Shown piece after piece: positions 53,712 through 63,525 of a DNA stretch of 64,000 nucleotides. Location: assembly GCA_050253415.1 (NCBI GenBank), contig JBFWJC010000001.1, forward strand, positions 808,679 to 872,678, in the 5' to 3' direction. The notes beneath the pieces were generated by a model. It saw only the letters and a list, made by a program, of their open reading frames with translations, made no database searches and was not told the origin of the DNA. This stretch comes from Pedobacter sp. (GTDB taxonomy: Bacteria > Desulfobacterota > Desulfuromonadia > Desulfuromonadales > Syntrophotaleaceae). The position numbers and the translations under genes are program-made. Numbering within the stretch: the first letter of the stretch is position 1; each line of letters starts with the position of its first letter.

Positions 53712-54027
53712 GAGGTTCTGATAGCTTCATTCGAATAATTTTATGCTCGCGTAATCCATATTGGTTCACGAGCAGAAGCTAGTGAAGGCTCTGCCATGCA
53801 GGGCCATATTTTCTTGTTATCGCAACAGATATCAAGGCGAGGGTGACGGGGTTGGGAGGGTGACGGGGTTGGGTCAAGGTATCCCGCTTGACTAATGACA
53901 TTGATGTGATGGCGTTTCCCTCTTCGGTTCTGGCGGGGAAAAATTATCATGAATCAGGAAACCTGGGGGCTTGCGGGGCGGGGGGAATAAGGGACACCCC
54001 TCAACGCACGGGGAGGCTTTAAATCTG

Positions 54028-54240
54028 TTAGTTTAAATCCATAAAATGAACATCCCCCTTCATGCAAAAGAGCCTGACGTTTTCGCTGAGTTTTTCCTCT
54101 TTTTTAAGGAGGACCTCCGCGCTCATCAGGCTCTTTCCCCCGGTACTCAAGGAATCTGTTTTTCTTTTCCTTAAGGTATGCGCATCGAAAAGATTGTCTT
54201 TTTCGATGTGGGAGCGGGGGTGCATAAGTTCTTCCGGCAT
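54028..54240 (-). CDS. Possible small hypothetical protein
   Basis: ORF with GAGGG upstream; no recognisable motif. Confidence 0.35.
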   Translation of the reverse strand: MPEELMHPRSHIEKDNLFDAHTLRKRKTDSLSTGGKSLMSAEVLLKKEEKLSENVRLFCMKGDVHFMDLN

Positions 54241-54525
54241 GGAGGATTTCACCCTCGCTGCCTCTTTCGTATCAGCATGTCATTTATTTTTCTCGACCTT
54301 GCTGTACTGGAAGAACCTACACTTAGATTTTACTGCTACGGGTGGTGAAATGCAACGTCCTCCCTTTGTTTTTTTGGACGATTCAGGTGTTTGCAGCCGG
54401 TTTCAGGTTGGCATATTTGGAAAAGTCCTGTGTATTCACGATGGTGGGGTTCACGCCCTGCAGGTAAAAAAAACATCGGGATCGAACCGATGTTTTTTTT
54501 ATTTATGAACATCGCCGTTTTGTGG

Positions 54526-56442
54526 TCACACAGTAAGCATTTTCAGGATTTTCTGAAACGGGAATGTTCCCAGGGTACCGAAATCCGGGTGGCGACTGAG
54601 TTTGGCCCGGGTGGAGGCGGGGCTGCTGATGCCGCAAAGGAAGCGGGCCAGTTGACGTGGATGGGCGAGGGCGGAATGGTTTTCTGCACGGAGCCGGTGT
54701 GCGATTTCTCTTTCGGTAGCACCCGGCTCGAGGGGGGCGGTGCGCGGAAGTGATTGCCCTGCTCCGCGTCGGCACCTGCTGCAGTCATTGCAGTCGGAAG
54801 TGGCCTGTTCACCGAAATAATCCAGCAGGTGGCGGCTCAGGCATCTGGTTTGCTCCGCGTAAGCGAGGACCCCCCGCAGGCGGTCGATATTCTGGCACTC
54901 CCGGTCCGCAAAGGTTTGCTGCAGCTCGGCGATGAGTTTATCGGGATCGGAGGGCTGTTGCTGGAGACGGTAGCCGTGACGCAGGCCGGTGACCTGGGTG
55001 GCCAGTTCCCCTTTTTCCTCCAGATAGCCGATGGCGGCTGCAATCCTTGCCCGGGGTTGACCCAGGGCCGTAGCGCTCTCATCCGGATTGAGATGAAGCC
55101 AGGTTCGTCCCGGCTTTGCGGTGGCGAACAGATCTTGTAAAAAGGTTGCGCGCTGGGGATCGAAGTCCGCACATATATCCTCCAGGGGACGGGTCAAGAG
55201 GAGTTTGTAGCTGTCGTAGAACGGTCCGGTGGCGCGCAGCACACCGCTCATTTCCAGGTAGGTGAAGACTGTGGCTATCACCAGGGGGCGGATATCGTAA
55301 CGCCCGGATAGTTCGAATAGGGAGACATCGAAATTTTCATCCTGGCTGAGCAGATGTTCCACCAGGGCAGCCAGGGTTTCAGGAATGGGGGTGTCACCGT
55401 AACTGAAGTTCGCCAGCACCGTCAGATCATCGGCGCAGGCGAGGATTTCGCAGTGGGCGTCTTCGCCGTCGCGCCCGGCGCGCCCTATCTCCTGCATGTA
55501 ATTCTCAAGGGTCTTAGGCAGGTTGTAATGGTAGATGGCGCGGATGTCGGCTTTGTCGATGCCCATGCCAAAGGCGATGGTGGCGACTACCAGCTGTATG
55601 TCACCGGCCATGAAGGCGTCCTGCACGGCCGTGCGGTCTTCGGTTTTCATGCCTGCATGGTAAGCCTGGGCGGTAACCCCTTCGTTGCAAAGAAAGGCCG
55701 CGATCTCTTCGGCGGTTTTCTGCAATGTGACGTAGACGATGCCCGCTTCGGGCGGGCGCTGTCGAATGCTATGCAGCAGCCGTTGGGGGCGCTCAGGAGC
55801 CGGGCAGGGTGAAACGACGAGGTGCAGGTTGGGACGATGAAAGCTGGTGCGGATCTGGTCGTTTTCGGCAATGTTGAAGGCTCTGCGGATGTCGCTGGCG
55901 ACGTTCGGGGTCGCGGTGGCGGTGAGTGCCAGTACCCTCCCGACTTTCAGCTCCTCGGCGAGCCGGGCGATTTTCATGTATTCGGGGCGAAAATTGTGCC
56001 CCCACTCGGAGATGCAGTGGGCTTCATCGATGGCCAGTAATGCGATAGGGCGTCCCTGAAGGCGATTCAGAAACCGTTCGTTGGCTAACCGCTCGGGTGC
56101 GATATAAAGAAGCTTGAGGCTGCCGTTGGCCAGTTGCCGATAGATAGCCTGCGCTTCGGCGGGACCGATACTTGAGTCCAGGCGGGCGGCCATGATACCG
56201 CGCTCTCGCAGCGCGTCGACCTGGTCTTTCATCAGGGCGATGAGTGGCGAGATGACCAGGGTCAAGCCGTCCAGAAGCAAGGCGGGTAGCTGGTAACAGA
56301 GGCTTTTTCCGCCCCCTGTGGGAAAGATCGCCAGGGCAGAGCGTCCGGCCAGAAGGCAGTCGATAACCTCCGCCTGCCCGGGGCGAAACGCGGAAAAGGC
56401 GAAGGTTTCCTGCAGGCAGCGGTGGATGGCTTTTTCGGACAT
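54526..56442 (-). CDS. recQ: RecQ-family ATP-dependent DNA helicase
   Basis: PTGGGKSLCYQLP, DEAHCISEWGHNFRP, ATIAFGMGIDK, QEIGRAGRDG, Zn-binding Cys. Confidence 0.93.
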   Translation of the reverse strand: MSEKAIHRCLQETFAFSAFRPGQAEVIDCLLAGRSALAIFPTGGGKSLCYQLPALLLDGLTLVISPLIALMKDQVDALRERGIMAARLDSSIGPAEAQAIYRQLANGSLKLLYIAPERLANERFLNRLQGRPIALLAIDEAHCISEWGHNFRPEYMKIARLAEELKVGRVLALTATATPNVASDIRRAFNIAENDQIRTSFHRPNLHLVVSPCPAPERPQRLLHSIRQRPPEAGIVYVTLQKTAEEIAAFLCNEGVTAQAYHAGMKTEDRTAVQDAFMAGDIQLVVATIAFGMGIDKADIRAIYHYNLPKTLENYMQEIGRAGRDGEDAHCEILACADDLTVLANFSYGDTPIPETLAALVEHLLSQDENFDVSLFELSGRYDIRPLVIATVFTYLEMSGVLRATGPFYDSYKLLLTRPLEDICADFDPQRATFLQDLFATAKPGRTWLHLNPDESATALGQPRARIAAAIGYLEEKGELATQVTGLRHGYRLQQQPSDPDKLIAELQQTFADRECQNIDRLRGVLAYAEQTRCLSRHLLDYFGEQATSDCNDCSRCRRGAGQSLPRTAPLEPGATEREIAHRLRAENHSALAHPRQLARFLCGISSPASTRAKLSRHPDFGTLGTFPFQKILKMLTV

Positions 56443-56594
56443 GTCTTCCTCCGATCCGGATTGTAGAGCAGATTTGGCAAAATAATTATTTATTTATAAC
56501 ATTTAATTATTTTATGCCAAAGCCAAAAACCAACGGCCTCCCTCAGGAAGCCGTTGGCTAGCTTTTAAGTGCGGCCAGCAACCGGGACTCGGGG

Positions 56595-57440
56595 TTACTT
56601 GTAAGCAGTGATCCCCATGAGCTCAGGCACTTTTATCACTTTGGTGAAGCCGGCCAGCTTAAGCCGTTTAGCAGCATTATCCATAAAACTGGAGCCGCGT
56701 TTAAGCATCTGTGGGTTGCCGGTGTAGTGAAACAGAGCTCCGCGCTTTTTGAGCACACGGTGGATTTCTCGGTAGAATTGTTCGCCGTAAAGTTCCCCTG
56801 CCAGGGAAAATCGCGGAGGGTCATGAATGACCGCGTCAAACGATTCGCTTGCAAGGTCCCTGATATATGTGTCGATGTCGGCATGCACCAACTGGATATT
56901 TGCACCAAAAATCCTCTGCGACCAGGGATTTTTTTGGCGCAGCGCCATGACCGTGGCACTCTTTTCGACCGAAATGACTTCGCTTGCGCCGAGCTTTAAC
57001 GCTGCCGAAGCGGCATAGCCTAGACCGCTGCAGGTATCCAGCACCCGGGCTCCCTTACGCACGACTTGCGCCGCCATCTGGCTGGCACTCTCAAACGGGT
57101 TGATCCCCTTTGAAATGTGCATTTTGACCCCGCTTATTTCCAGCAGCGGCGCCTGCTCTGTGGGTACGAGCTTGTAATAACCATCGCCCCGGACCTCAAG
57201 CATCTCGAGCTGTCCGTGTTCGAGGTAGAAAATTCTCTGCTCCTTATCTGCAATCCGCTGCAGTTCCTCCATGCCCAGCCGGTTGTGGGCATCCAGGATA
57301 AGTTCCTGGTTGCAGAGGACAAAAGTATTGCGGGACAGGTTCAGGTCGACGGAAATGTCGATGCTGTTTTCGCCTTTGGCCATTGCGTCAAGGACCTGTC
57401 TGGCAATCGCCGCATGCATACAATAACCGCTTTGGTTCAT
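56595..57440 (-). CDS. SAM-dependent methyltransferase (COG2521-like)
   Basis: EISGVKMH, LDTCSGLGY, NPWS, HDPPRFSLAGELY, FHYTG. Confidence 0.85.
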   Translation of the reverse strand: MNQSGYCMHAAIARQVLDAMAKGENSIDISVDLNLSRNTFVLCNQELILDAHNRLGMEELQRIADKEQRIFYLEHGQLEMLEVRGDGYYKLVPTEQAPLLEISGVKMHISKGINPFESASQMAAQVVRKGARVLDTCSGLGYAASAALKLGASEVISVEKSATVMALRQKNPWSQRIFGANIQLVHADIDTYIRDLASESFDAVIHDPPRFSLAGELYGEQFYREIHRVLKKRGALFHYTGNPQMLKRGSSFMDNAAKRLKLAGFTKVIKVPELMGITAYK

Positions 57441-57609
57441 GATACTCCCGGGGTTTTGAAGTGGACATTTATGCAGAATTTTATTCCTGTCGTCGATCAT
57501 ACCACTTCATGCGGAAACCTGCCCGTGGATTCTTTTCATGATCACAGGGCAGGTTTAAACAGCCGCTTCACCCGGTGGTGTATTTAGATAAAACGCCAGG
57601 CTCGGGGAT

Positions 57610-57800
57610 CGGTTGGTTGTATTCGCGATCCGTCTACAGGTCCCATCCCCGAATGTTTTTGGCATCGAGGCGAACGGCCAGGACCTTGTTGCCGGTGCGT
57701 ATTTAGATACAGAAAGGTTCCTTGAACGTATGGGGGAGGGACGACGAGTCGCTTCCGTTTCGTTATCGTACCGTCGATGTAATGAGGCAGACCGCAGGTT
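57610..57800 (-). pseudogene. Remnant of a CoA-disulfide reductase paralog
   Basis: CGLPHYIDGTI..RLVV, then frameshifted IRTGNKVLAV..KNI...DL*TDREY; parallels residues ~40-105 of the 60529-62994 protein. Confidence 0.75.
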
Positions 57801-57801
57801 G

Positions 57802-57844
57802 AAAAAAGGGGACAGGCTACCATATAAAAGTGGCCTGTCCCTTT
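57802..57844. terminator. GGGGACAG/CTGTCCC hairpin, likely terminator of the thioredoxin operon
   Basis: AAAAAAGGGGACAGGCTAC...GTGGCCTGTCCCTTT. Confidence 0.7.
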
Positions 57845-57894
57845 AAACGATCTTGAGTATTGCGAGTGAAAAGGGAAACAGCGCTTTTAGAGCG

Positions 57895-58473
57895 CTACTT
57901 CTTTTCAAAATCGGAAAAAACAGTAGTTTTATAATAGCCTTCGCTTACAAACCTCAATAATTCCCGGAATCGATTCGTGGGAATATATCCTTTTACGTCA
58001 ATGATCGGTTTGCCGTGAATATCCAGAAACAAGGATGTGGGAGTGTAGTAGATCCGAAAGTCTTCTTTAAGCTTTTTTTCCTGGCTGATGTCGACCTCCA
58101 CCAGAAGAAACCGCTCGTTCAGGATAGAGATAATCTCCTTATTCTGAAAAACCTTGCGTTTCATCTCTGTGCATTGGTAACACCAGGGAGTGGTAAAAAA
58201 GATAAACAGGGGCCGTTGGGTTTCTTTGCCTTTTTGCAGAGCGGTCGCATAATCGAAAGAATTCAATTTGTCGGCAGCGCATAGGCCCGCCGGACATCCT
58301 AACCAGAAACAGGCTACCAACGCGATGCACACCGGAAGGAAGCAACCCCATCTTCCCTTCCGCCTGGCCGCTAAACATAAAGAGAGCTTTTCAAGGAAGC
58401 ATCCCGACCGAGTCGGGATGCTCGCATTTCCTTTTAAAAAAGCCATGCTTTTGTTGGAACATATGGCGTTCAT
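57895..58473 (-). CDS. Exported thioredoxin-fold protein (SoxW/DsbD-gamma-like, CYQC); start uncertain
   Basis: WCYQC, YTPT, GYIP; hydrophobic leader. Confidence 0.85.
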   Translation of the reverse strand: MNAICSNKSMAFLKGNASIPTRSGCFLEKLSLCLAARRKGRWGCFLPVCIALVACFWLGCPAGLCAADKLNSFDYATALQKGKETQRPLFIFFTTPWCYQCTEMKRKVFQNKEIISILNERFLLVEVDISQEKKLKEDFRIYYTPTSLFLDIHGKPIIDVKGYIPTNRFRELLRFVSEGYYKTTVFSDFEKK

Positions 58474-58477
58474 AGGA

Positions 58478-58954
58478 TCAGGGCCGACGCTTTTCGTAAG
58501 CGTCGAAGTTCATGGTCTTATATTTTTCCTTCGCCACATACTCCAGCATACGTTCAAAGCGCGACTTCGGTATCACATCTTTTTCCCGCAACGCCGTCGA
58601 TCCGTCGGGAGCGATAAAGACATGTGTGGGTGTGTAATCAACCTTGAACAGCTTTGCCGTCGGCTTTTCTTTGTCCAGATCAACGATGACGGGAATAAAA
58701 TGTTGGTTGATGAAATTTATGACTTTAGGATCTTCGTAAACCTTGCGTTCCATGTTCTTGCACCGGTAGCAATACGACAGATGGAAAAAAAGGAGCATGG
58801 GCTTTTTGAGCTCCTGCTGCTTTTCCAGCCCCTGTTCATAGGTCAGCCAATGCACGCCCTGTTCGTTATGTTCACCAGCCATGGCCGGAGCCACAAAATG
58901 TGTCAGCGTCACGACGGCTGCCAGAGCGATAAGTGTGAGCTTAAAACCTTTCAT
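58478..58954 (-). CDS. Exported thioredoxin-fold protein (CYRC)
   Basis: Signal peptide ending AMA, YCYRC, YTPT; GGAGGAG RBS. Confidence 0.9.
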   Translation of the reverse strand: MKGFKLTLIALAAVVTLTHFVAPAMAGEHNEQGVHWLTYEQGLEKQQELKKPMLLFFHLSYCYRCKNMERKVYEDPKVINFINQHFIPVIVDLDKEKPTAKLFKVDYTPTHVFIAPDGSTALREKDVIPKSRFERMLEYVAKEKYKTMNFDAYEKRRP

Positions 58955-58986
58955 GGTCTCCTCCATTATGCGCGGTTCCTGGTTTC

Positions 58987-60251
58987 TTAGAAACGGTAGC
59001 TCGCCATAAAACTGAACGTATCCATGGTATGGGACACTTTGGAGCCGTAAAACGGATTCGTCTCATCCATAGCGCCGTCGTTGGTTTCGGTATTCGTGAA
59101 GGCATGTTCGTAAGCGAAATCGAAGTCCCAATTCGTCCAGGTATAGGTAAATCCTGCGGTGGCGTGGTGTTCGACAAGGGCTGGGAAAATCGGGCTCAGA
59201 TTGACATTGGTGACCGGAGTGTTGCCGTAATTATAACCCGCGCGGATTTTGAAGGATTCGGTCAATTCGTACTCGGCTCCGATGGCGATCACGTATTGAT
59301 CGTCCCAGTCCATCTCAAAGGGGATCTTCAATTTTTCATACCCTGGCGGCACTGGACCGTTGGGGTTGCTGGCTGTAACCGTAACCGTCTTGATGGCGGA
59401 GCTCCAGTTGATCCAGCTCAGGTCCATAGCAAGCAGCAGTTTGGGGGTAGCCCGGTAGGCTGCACCCACTTCCACCTGTCGGGGCCAGGTAAAACCATCC
59501 ATCTTCACGTCATTGTATTTTACCTTACCCATGGGACCGAAATTTTGCGTGAGCACGCCGTCATCAAAATCGATAGAGCTTTCAGACGTGTACGTGGCGC
59601 CCACCGACCATTTGTCGTTGATCTGATAGTTGAGGCCGAAGCGTCCCGAGAAGGTATAGCTGGTCAGATCTTTCACCGTGTGCCCAATGGTGTTGGGGAA
59701 AAAGTCATACTTAAGGGTGGCATAGCCTGCGAACAAGCTTGCTCCCATAGTTAACTTATCGGTGACGTTATACGCTACGGTAGGTGAAAGTCTGACGAAT
59801 CCGACCTCGGACATGAGGTCGTCCTTCATGCCCGGGTAGGCCATCGTGTTAACTTCAACGTCCTTAAAATCGACGCCCATGCCGCCCTGCGCGAAGACGC
59901 CGACACCTGCGGACCAGCGGCTGGTCCCGATGCGCTGGGCGTAACCGATGAAAGGAACCGGAAAGACCTGAAATTCATTGTCTACGTTGTTTCCGCCGGC
60001 AGGCGTGTCTTCCATGTCAGGAAAAAGAAACGACCCGCCCACGGAAATGACGCGATTACAGGTTGTCGCCAACTGCGCCGGATTCCCCGCAATGGCCGTG
60101 CAACCCGCGGGAACCGCCACATCCGCGCCGCCCATGCCGGCAGAGACTGCGCCCGTCCCGATCATGTTCATGCCGTTGGTCGCCCACCCGGTCAGTGGTG
60201 AAAAAACATCATGGTTACGACGATTAAACCCGGAATAATCCTCTTTTTCAT
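58987..60251 (-). CDS. OmpP1/FadL-family outer-membrane channel, frameshifted in its signal peptide
   Basis: TNG..IG.G...GMGGA, NPA, C-terminal YRF; ATG at 60251 is out of frame by 1 nt at the T6 run (60201-60206). Confidence 0.85.
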
Positions 60252-60493
60252 ACCCCCCCCATTACTCTTAGATATGGATAACTCCAGACTAGCAGAAGCA
60301 GTCTGTTAGTCCAGAGCCTGTGGATTTCTCTCTTCTATCCCGGGACGAGCCTGTTCGACATGAAATACGTAGCCTGTTGTCCTCCGGCAGTTATGATTCC
60401 TGGGACCTTATTAATGCCGGAGATTGAACATCTTTCGATTTGCACAAGCGACGGTTTCTTCGCGCCCGGTTGGAACACCAGCCATAGAAAATA

Positions 60494-60522
60494 ACCGGGT
60501 GAACACAAATGGTTCACCCGGT
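60494..60522. terminator. Hairpin directly after the CoADR stop codon
   Basis: ACCGGGTGAAC-N7-GTTCACCCGGT. Confidence 0.65.
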
Positions 60523-60528
60523 GCGATT

Positions 60529-62994
60529 TTAAATAAACAAATTGTTGTCGGAGTGTTCCGAGGCTTCAAGATAGGCGGCTACTCCGCCGATTTGAACGCC
60601 GTCAATAAGCTCCTCTTTGCGGATACCCATCAGGTCCATGGACATCTGACAAGCTACAATGTTCACACCGCCTTTGATGGCCATGGTCATCATGTCTTCA
60701 AGGGCCGGGACATTGTGGTGTTTCATGATGCCGCGAATCATCTTGCCGCCCATGCCGCCCATGTTCATGTTGGACAGAGGCAGTTTGACGGAGCCGCGGG
60801 GCATCATCCAGCCGAAGGCCTTTTCGATGATGTTTTTGCGGAGGCCTTTTACCTTGCTCGGTTTGCGCAGGGCATTGAGGCCCCAGAAAGTGAAGAAAAG
60901 GGTTACTTTGCGTCCCATAGCCAGGGAGCCGTTGGCGATGATAAAGCTGGCGATGACTTTGTCCAGGTTGCCCGAAAAGACGATGATGGTTTTGTCGTTG
61001 CCGGCGGTCGCAGGGACTGCCTCGGGCGACAGGCCTGCCTTCTCGATAACTGCTTTGACGATACCTTTTTGCACGGAAATGTCCCGCACCACATTGCCGG
61101 TGCTTCGCGCCCATGCCGGTGCATCGCTATAAAAGCCCGGGTCGCTGGCGGTAATCGACAGCGCTTCGCCCGGCTGCAGGACATCCATTTCCTGCTTGAG
61201 TCGCATTACCGGGCCGGGGCATTGCAGTCCGCAGGCGTTCACTTCAACAATTTTCGAGGGGGCCGCGCTGGGCGATTTCACCATGGGAATAACCTTATGT
61301 TCGGGTTGTGCTGCCGGCGCCGTTTTGGTCGCCTTGTGCTTGGTTGTCGCTACAAGATAGGTTTCGTAGCCGCCGGACAGGTTGAAGACATTATCAAAGC
61401 CATTGGACGCCAGTACGCGTGCCGCCTGGTAGGCGATGAGACCTACGCGACAGTAGAGAACGATTTTCTTGTCGCGGGGGAGCTCGCCAAGCCGGTTACG
61501 CAGCTCGGCTTGCGGGATGTTGACCGACCCGGGCATGACGCCGCTGGCGCACTCCGCCGGAGTTCGCACATCGAGAAAGAAGAACTCGGAAGGAGACGCG
61601 CTCACGAGATCGGTCCACTTCACGGTTTTGATCAGTCCGTCAAGGACGTTCTGGGCCACGAAGCCGGCCATGTTGACCGGGTCTTTGGCCGAGGAATAGG
61701 GCGGCGCGTAGGCGTGTTCGATCTCGGTCAGATCATCGACCGTCATGTTTCCTTTTATGGCCGTGGCGATAACGTCGATGCGTTTGTCGACACCGCTATA
61801 GCCGGTACCCTGGGCTCCAAGCACCTTGCGGGTGTCCGGCGAGAAGAGCAGCTTGAGGCACATCTTCATCGCTCCGGGATAGTAACCGGCGTAGTCATTG
61901 GGGTGGATGATGACCGAATCAAAGGGGATGTCGTGGGCCAGACAGAGTTTTTCCGAGGCGCCGGTCATGCCGATGGTGAGATCGAAAATCTTGGCGATGG
62001 CGGTTCCCATGGTGCCGTTGTAGGTACGAGGTTTTGCGCCGTGCATGTTGTCGGCGGCAATACGACCCTGCTTGTTGGCGGGACCGGCCAGCGGGATAGC
62101 TGTTTGTTTCCCGGTCAAGGGGTGCAGTACTTCAATGACGTCACCCGCGGCATAAATATCTTTCTGGTTGGTTCTGAGGGCGTCATCCACCAGGATATGG
62201 CCGCGTTTACCCAGTTCAATGCCGGAACCGGCGATAAACGCAGTGTTCGGTTTAACCCCGATGGAAAGCAAAACGAGATCCGCTTCTATCGTCTTGCCGC
62301 TGGAAAGCTTGGCGACCACACCGCCGTTGGCTCCGGGGGTGAATTCGCTGACGCCATCTTCCAGTTGCAGATCGACACCGTGCATGGCCACTTCGCGGTG
62401 CACCATGGAGGCTATCTCAAAGTCGACGACGTTCATGGCCTGTTTGGCCATTTCCACAACCGTCACATCGATATCGCGGTATTTAAGGTTTTCCGCCATC
62501 TCCAGGCCGATGAAGCCTGCACCTACGACCAGGGCTTTTTTGACCTTGCCCTCGTCGACCATGGCGCGGATCGTATCCGTGTCGGGGATGGTCCAGAGGG
62601 TGTGAATGGCCGGATGGTCGCTGCCGGGGATGGGCGGTTTTACCGGTGAGCCGCCGGGCGCGAGAAGCAGTTTGTCGTACGTCTCATCGTACTCACGGCC
62701 GGTCTTGAGATCCTTGGCCTTGATGCTTTTGGACCCGGGGTTAATGGCCAGCACCTCGTTGCTGGTGCGTACTTCGATATCCATAAGCTCCCTGAGTGCT
62801 TCGGGGGTTTGGACAACGAGCCGTTCCCGTTCCTTTATCTCATCGCCGATGTAATAGGGCAGGCCGCAGTTTGCGTAAGAAACGTACTCCCCTCTCTCGA
62901 ATACGATGATTTTCGCGGTTTCGTCCAGACGTCTAAGGCGGGCTGCCGCGGACATGCCTGCCGCAACGCCACCAACGATGAGATATTTTGCCAT
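60529..62994 (-). CDS. CoA-disulfide/persulfide reductase fused to rhodanese, TusA and DsrE domains
   Basis: GGVAAG, SYANCGLPY, GAGFIGLE, YAPPYS; DVRT..YCRVG; CGLQCPGP; FFTFWGL, ACQMSM. Confidence 0.95.
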   Translation of the reverse strand: MAKYLIVGGVAAGMSAAARLRRLDETAKIIVFERGEYVSYANCGLPYYIGDEIKERERLVVQTPEALRELMDIEVRTSNEVLAINPGSKSIKAKDLKTGREYDETYDKLLLAPGGSPVKPPIPGSDHPAIHTLWTIPDTDTIRAMVDEGKVKKALVVGAGFIGLEMAENLKYRDIDVTVVEMAKQAMNVVDFEIASMVHREVAMHGVDLQLEDGVSEFTPGANGGVVAKLSSGKTIEADLVLLSIGVKPNTAFIAGSGIELGKRGHILVDDALRTNQKDIYAAGDVIEVLHPLTGKQTAIPLAGPANKQGRIAADNMHGAKPRTYNGTMGTAIAKIFDLTIGMTGASEKLCLAHDIPFDSVIIHPNDYAGYYPGAMKMCLKLLFSPDTRKVLGAQGTGYSGVDKRIDVIATAIKGNMTVDDLTEIEHAYAPPYSSAKDPVNMAGFVAQNVLDGLIKTVKWTDLVSASPSEFFFLDVRTPAECASGVMPGSVNIPQAELRNRLGELPRDKKIVLYCRVGLIAYQAARVLASNGFDNVFNLSGGYETYLVATTKHKATKTAPAAQPEHKVIPMVKSPSAAPSKIVEVNACGLQCPGPVMRLKQEMDVLQPGEALSITASDPGFYSDAPAWARSTGNVVRDISVQKGIVKAVIEKAGLSPEAVPATAGNDKTIIVFSGNLDKVIASFIIANGSLAMGRKVTLFFTFWGLNALRKPSKVKGLRKNIIEKAFGWMMPRGSVKLPLSNMNMGGMGGKMIRGIMKHHNVPALEDMMTMAIKGGVNIVACQMSMDLMGIRKEELIDGVQIGGVAAYLEASEHSDNNLFI

Positions 62995-63077
62995 TACAGC
63001 CTCCAAGTAAGGGTGTTAAATGGGTCGAGTATTAATCAGATCCAAGCCTGTTTTTTGAACCCAGTCAATTTCACAAT

Positions 63078-63105
63078 CAATATATATGGAAAAAACTATA
63101 TATTG
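63078..63105. promoter_or_regulatory. Palindromic operator over the CoADR promoter
   Basis: CAATATATA-N10-TATATATTG; minus-strand TTGCAA...TATATT -35/-10-like boxes overlap it. Confidence 0.6.
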
Positions 63106-63525
63106 CAACCCCTATTTTATTAAAAAGGGCTGTCTTGGATGGTCAGTTGCTTTCCCTTGCGAAAAATATCCAGAAGCGAGGTCGTTTTCTTGCTCCGAAA
63201 GATCTAAAAACGTTCTCTGTGCGGGAAGTCGGGGGGGATGGTGGGAGAAGGATGTTTGGTCCTGGCTTGCGATGGGTGTCTCTTTAATAGCGGCCAGGGA
63301 GGTAGGGATAAGTGCCCTGGGCCTGGAGAGGATCCTCTAAATTACCTGTAGCTGGTGAGATAGGTGGTTAATTGACAGGAAGGGTGCTATTTTAAAGCCG
63401 AACATCAGGCTTTTCGGTCACGACCGGGCGGCATGTGTGGTTTCGTACGTATTATTCACACCATGACAATTATCTCTTCGCGCGGTCCTGTATGCCGGAT
63501 CGCTTTAATACAAGGATTTTGATCG

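Noticed and set aside
60262..60345. Hairpin in the porin leader resembling part of a c-di-GMP-I riboswitch
   Set aside because: The GGCAAA/GNRA P2 elements are missing; only a generic stem (GACTAGCAGA/TCTGTTAGTC) is supported. An Rfam search would settle it
60424..62649. 741-aa plus-strand ORF, and similar long antisense ORFs (1790-3547, 23881-25440, 25421-26785)
   Set aside because: Shadow ORFs opposite well-supported genes in GC-rich DNA
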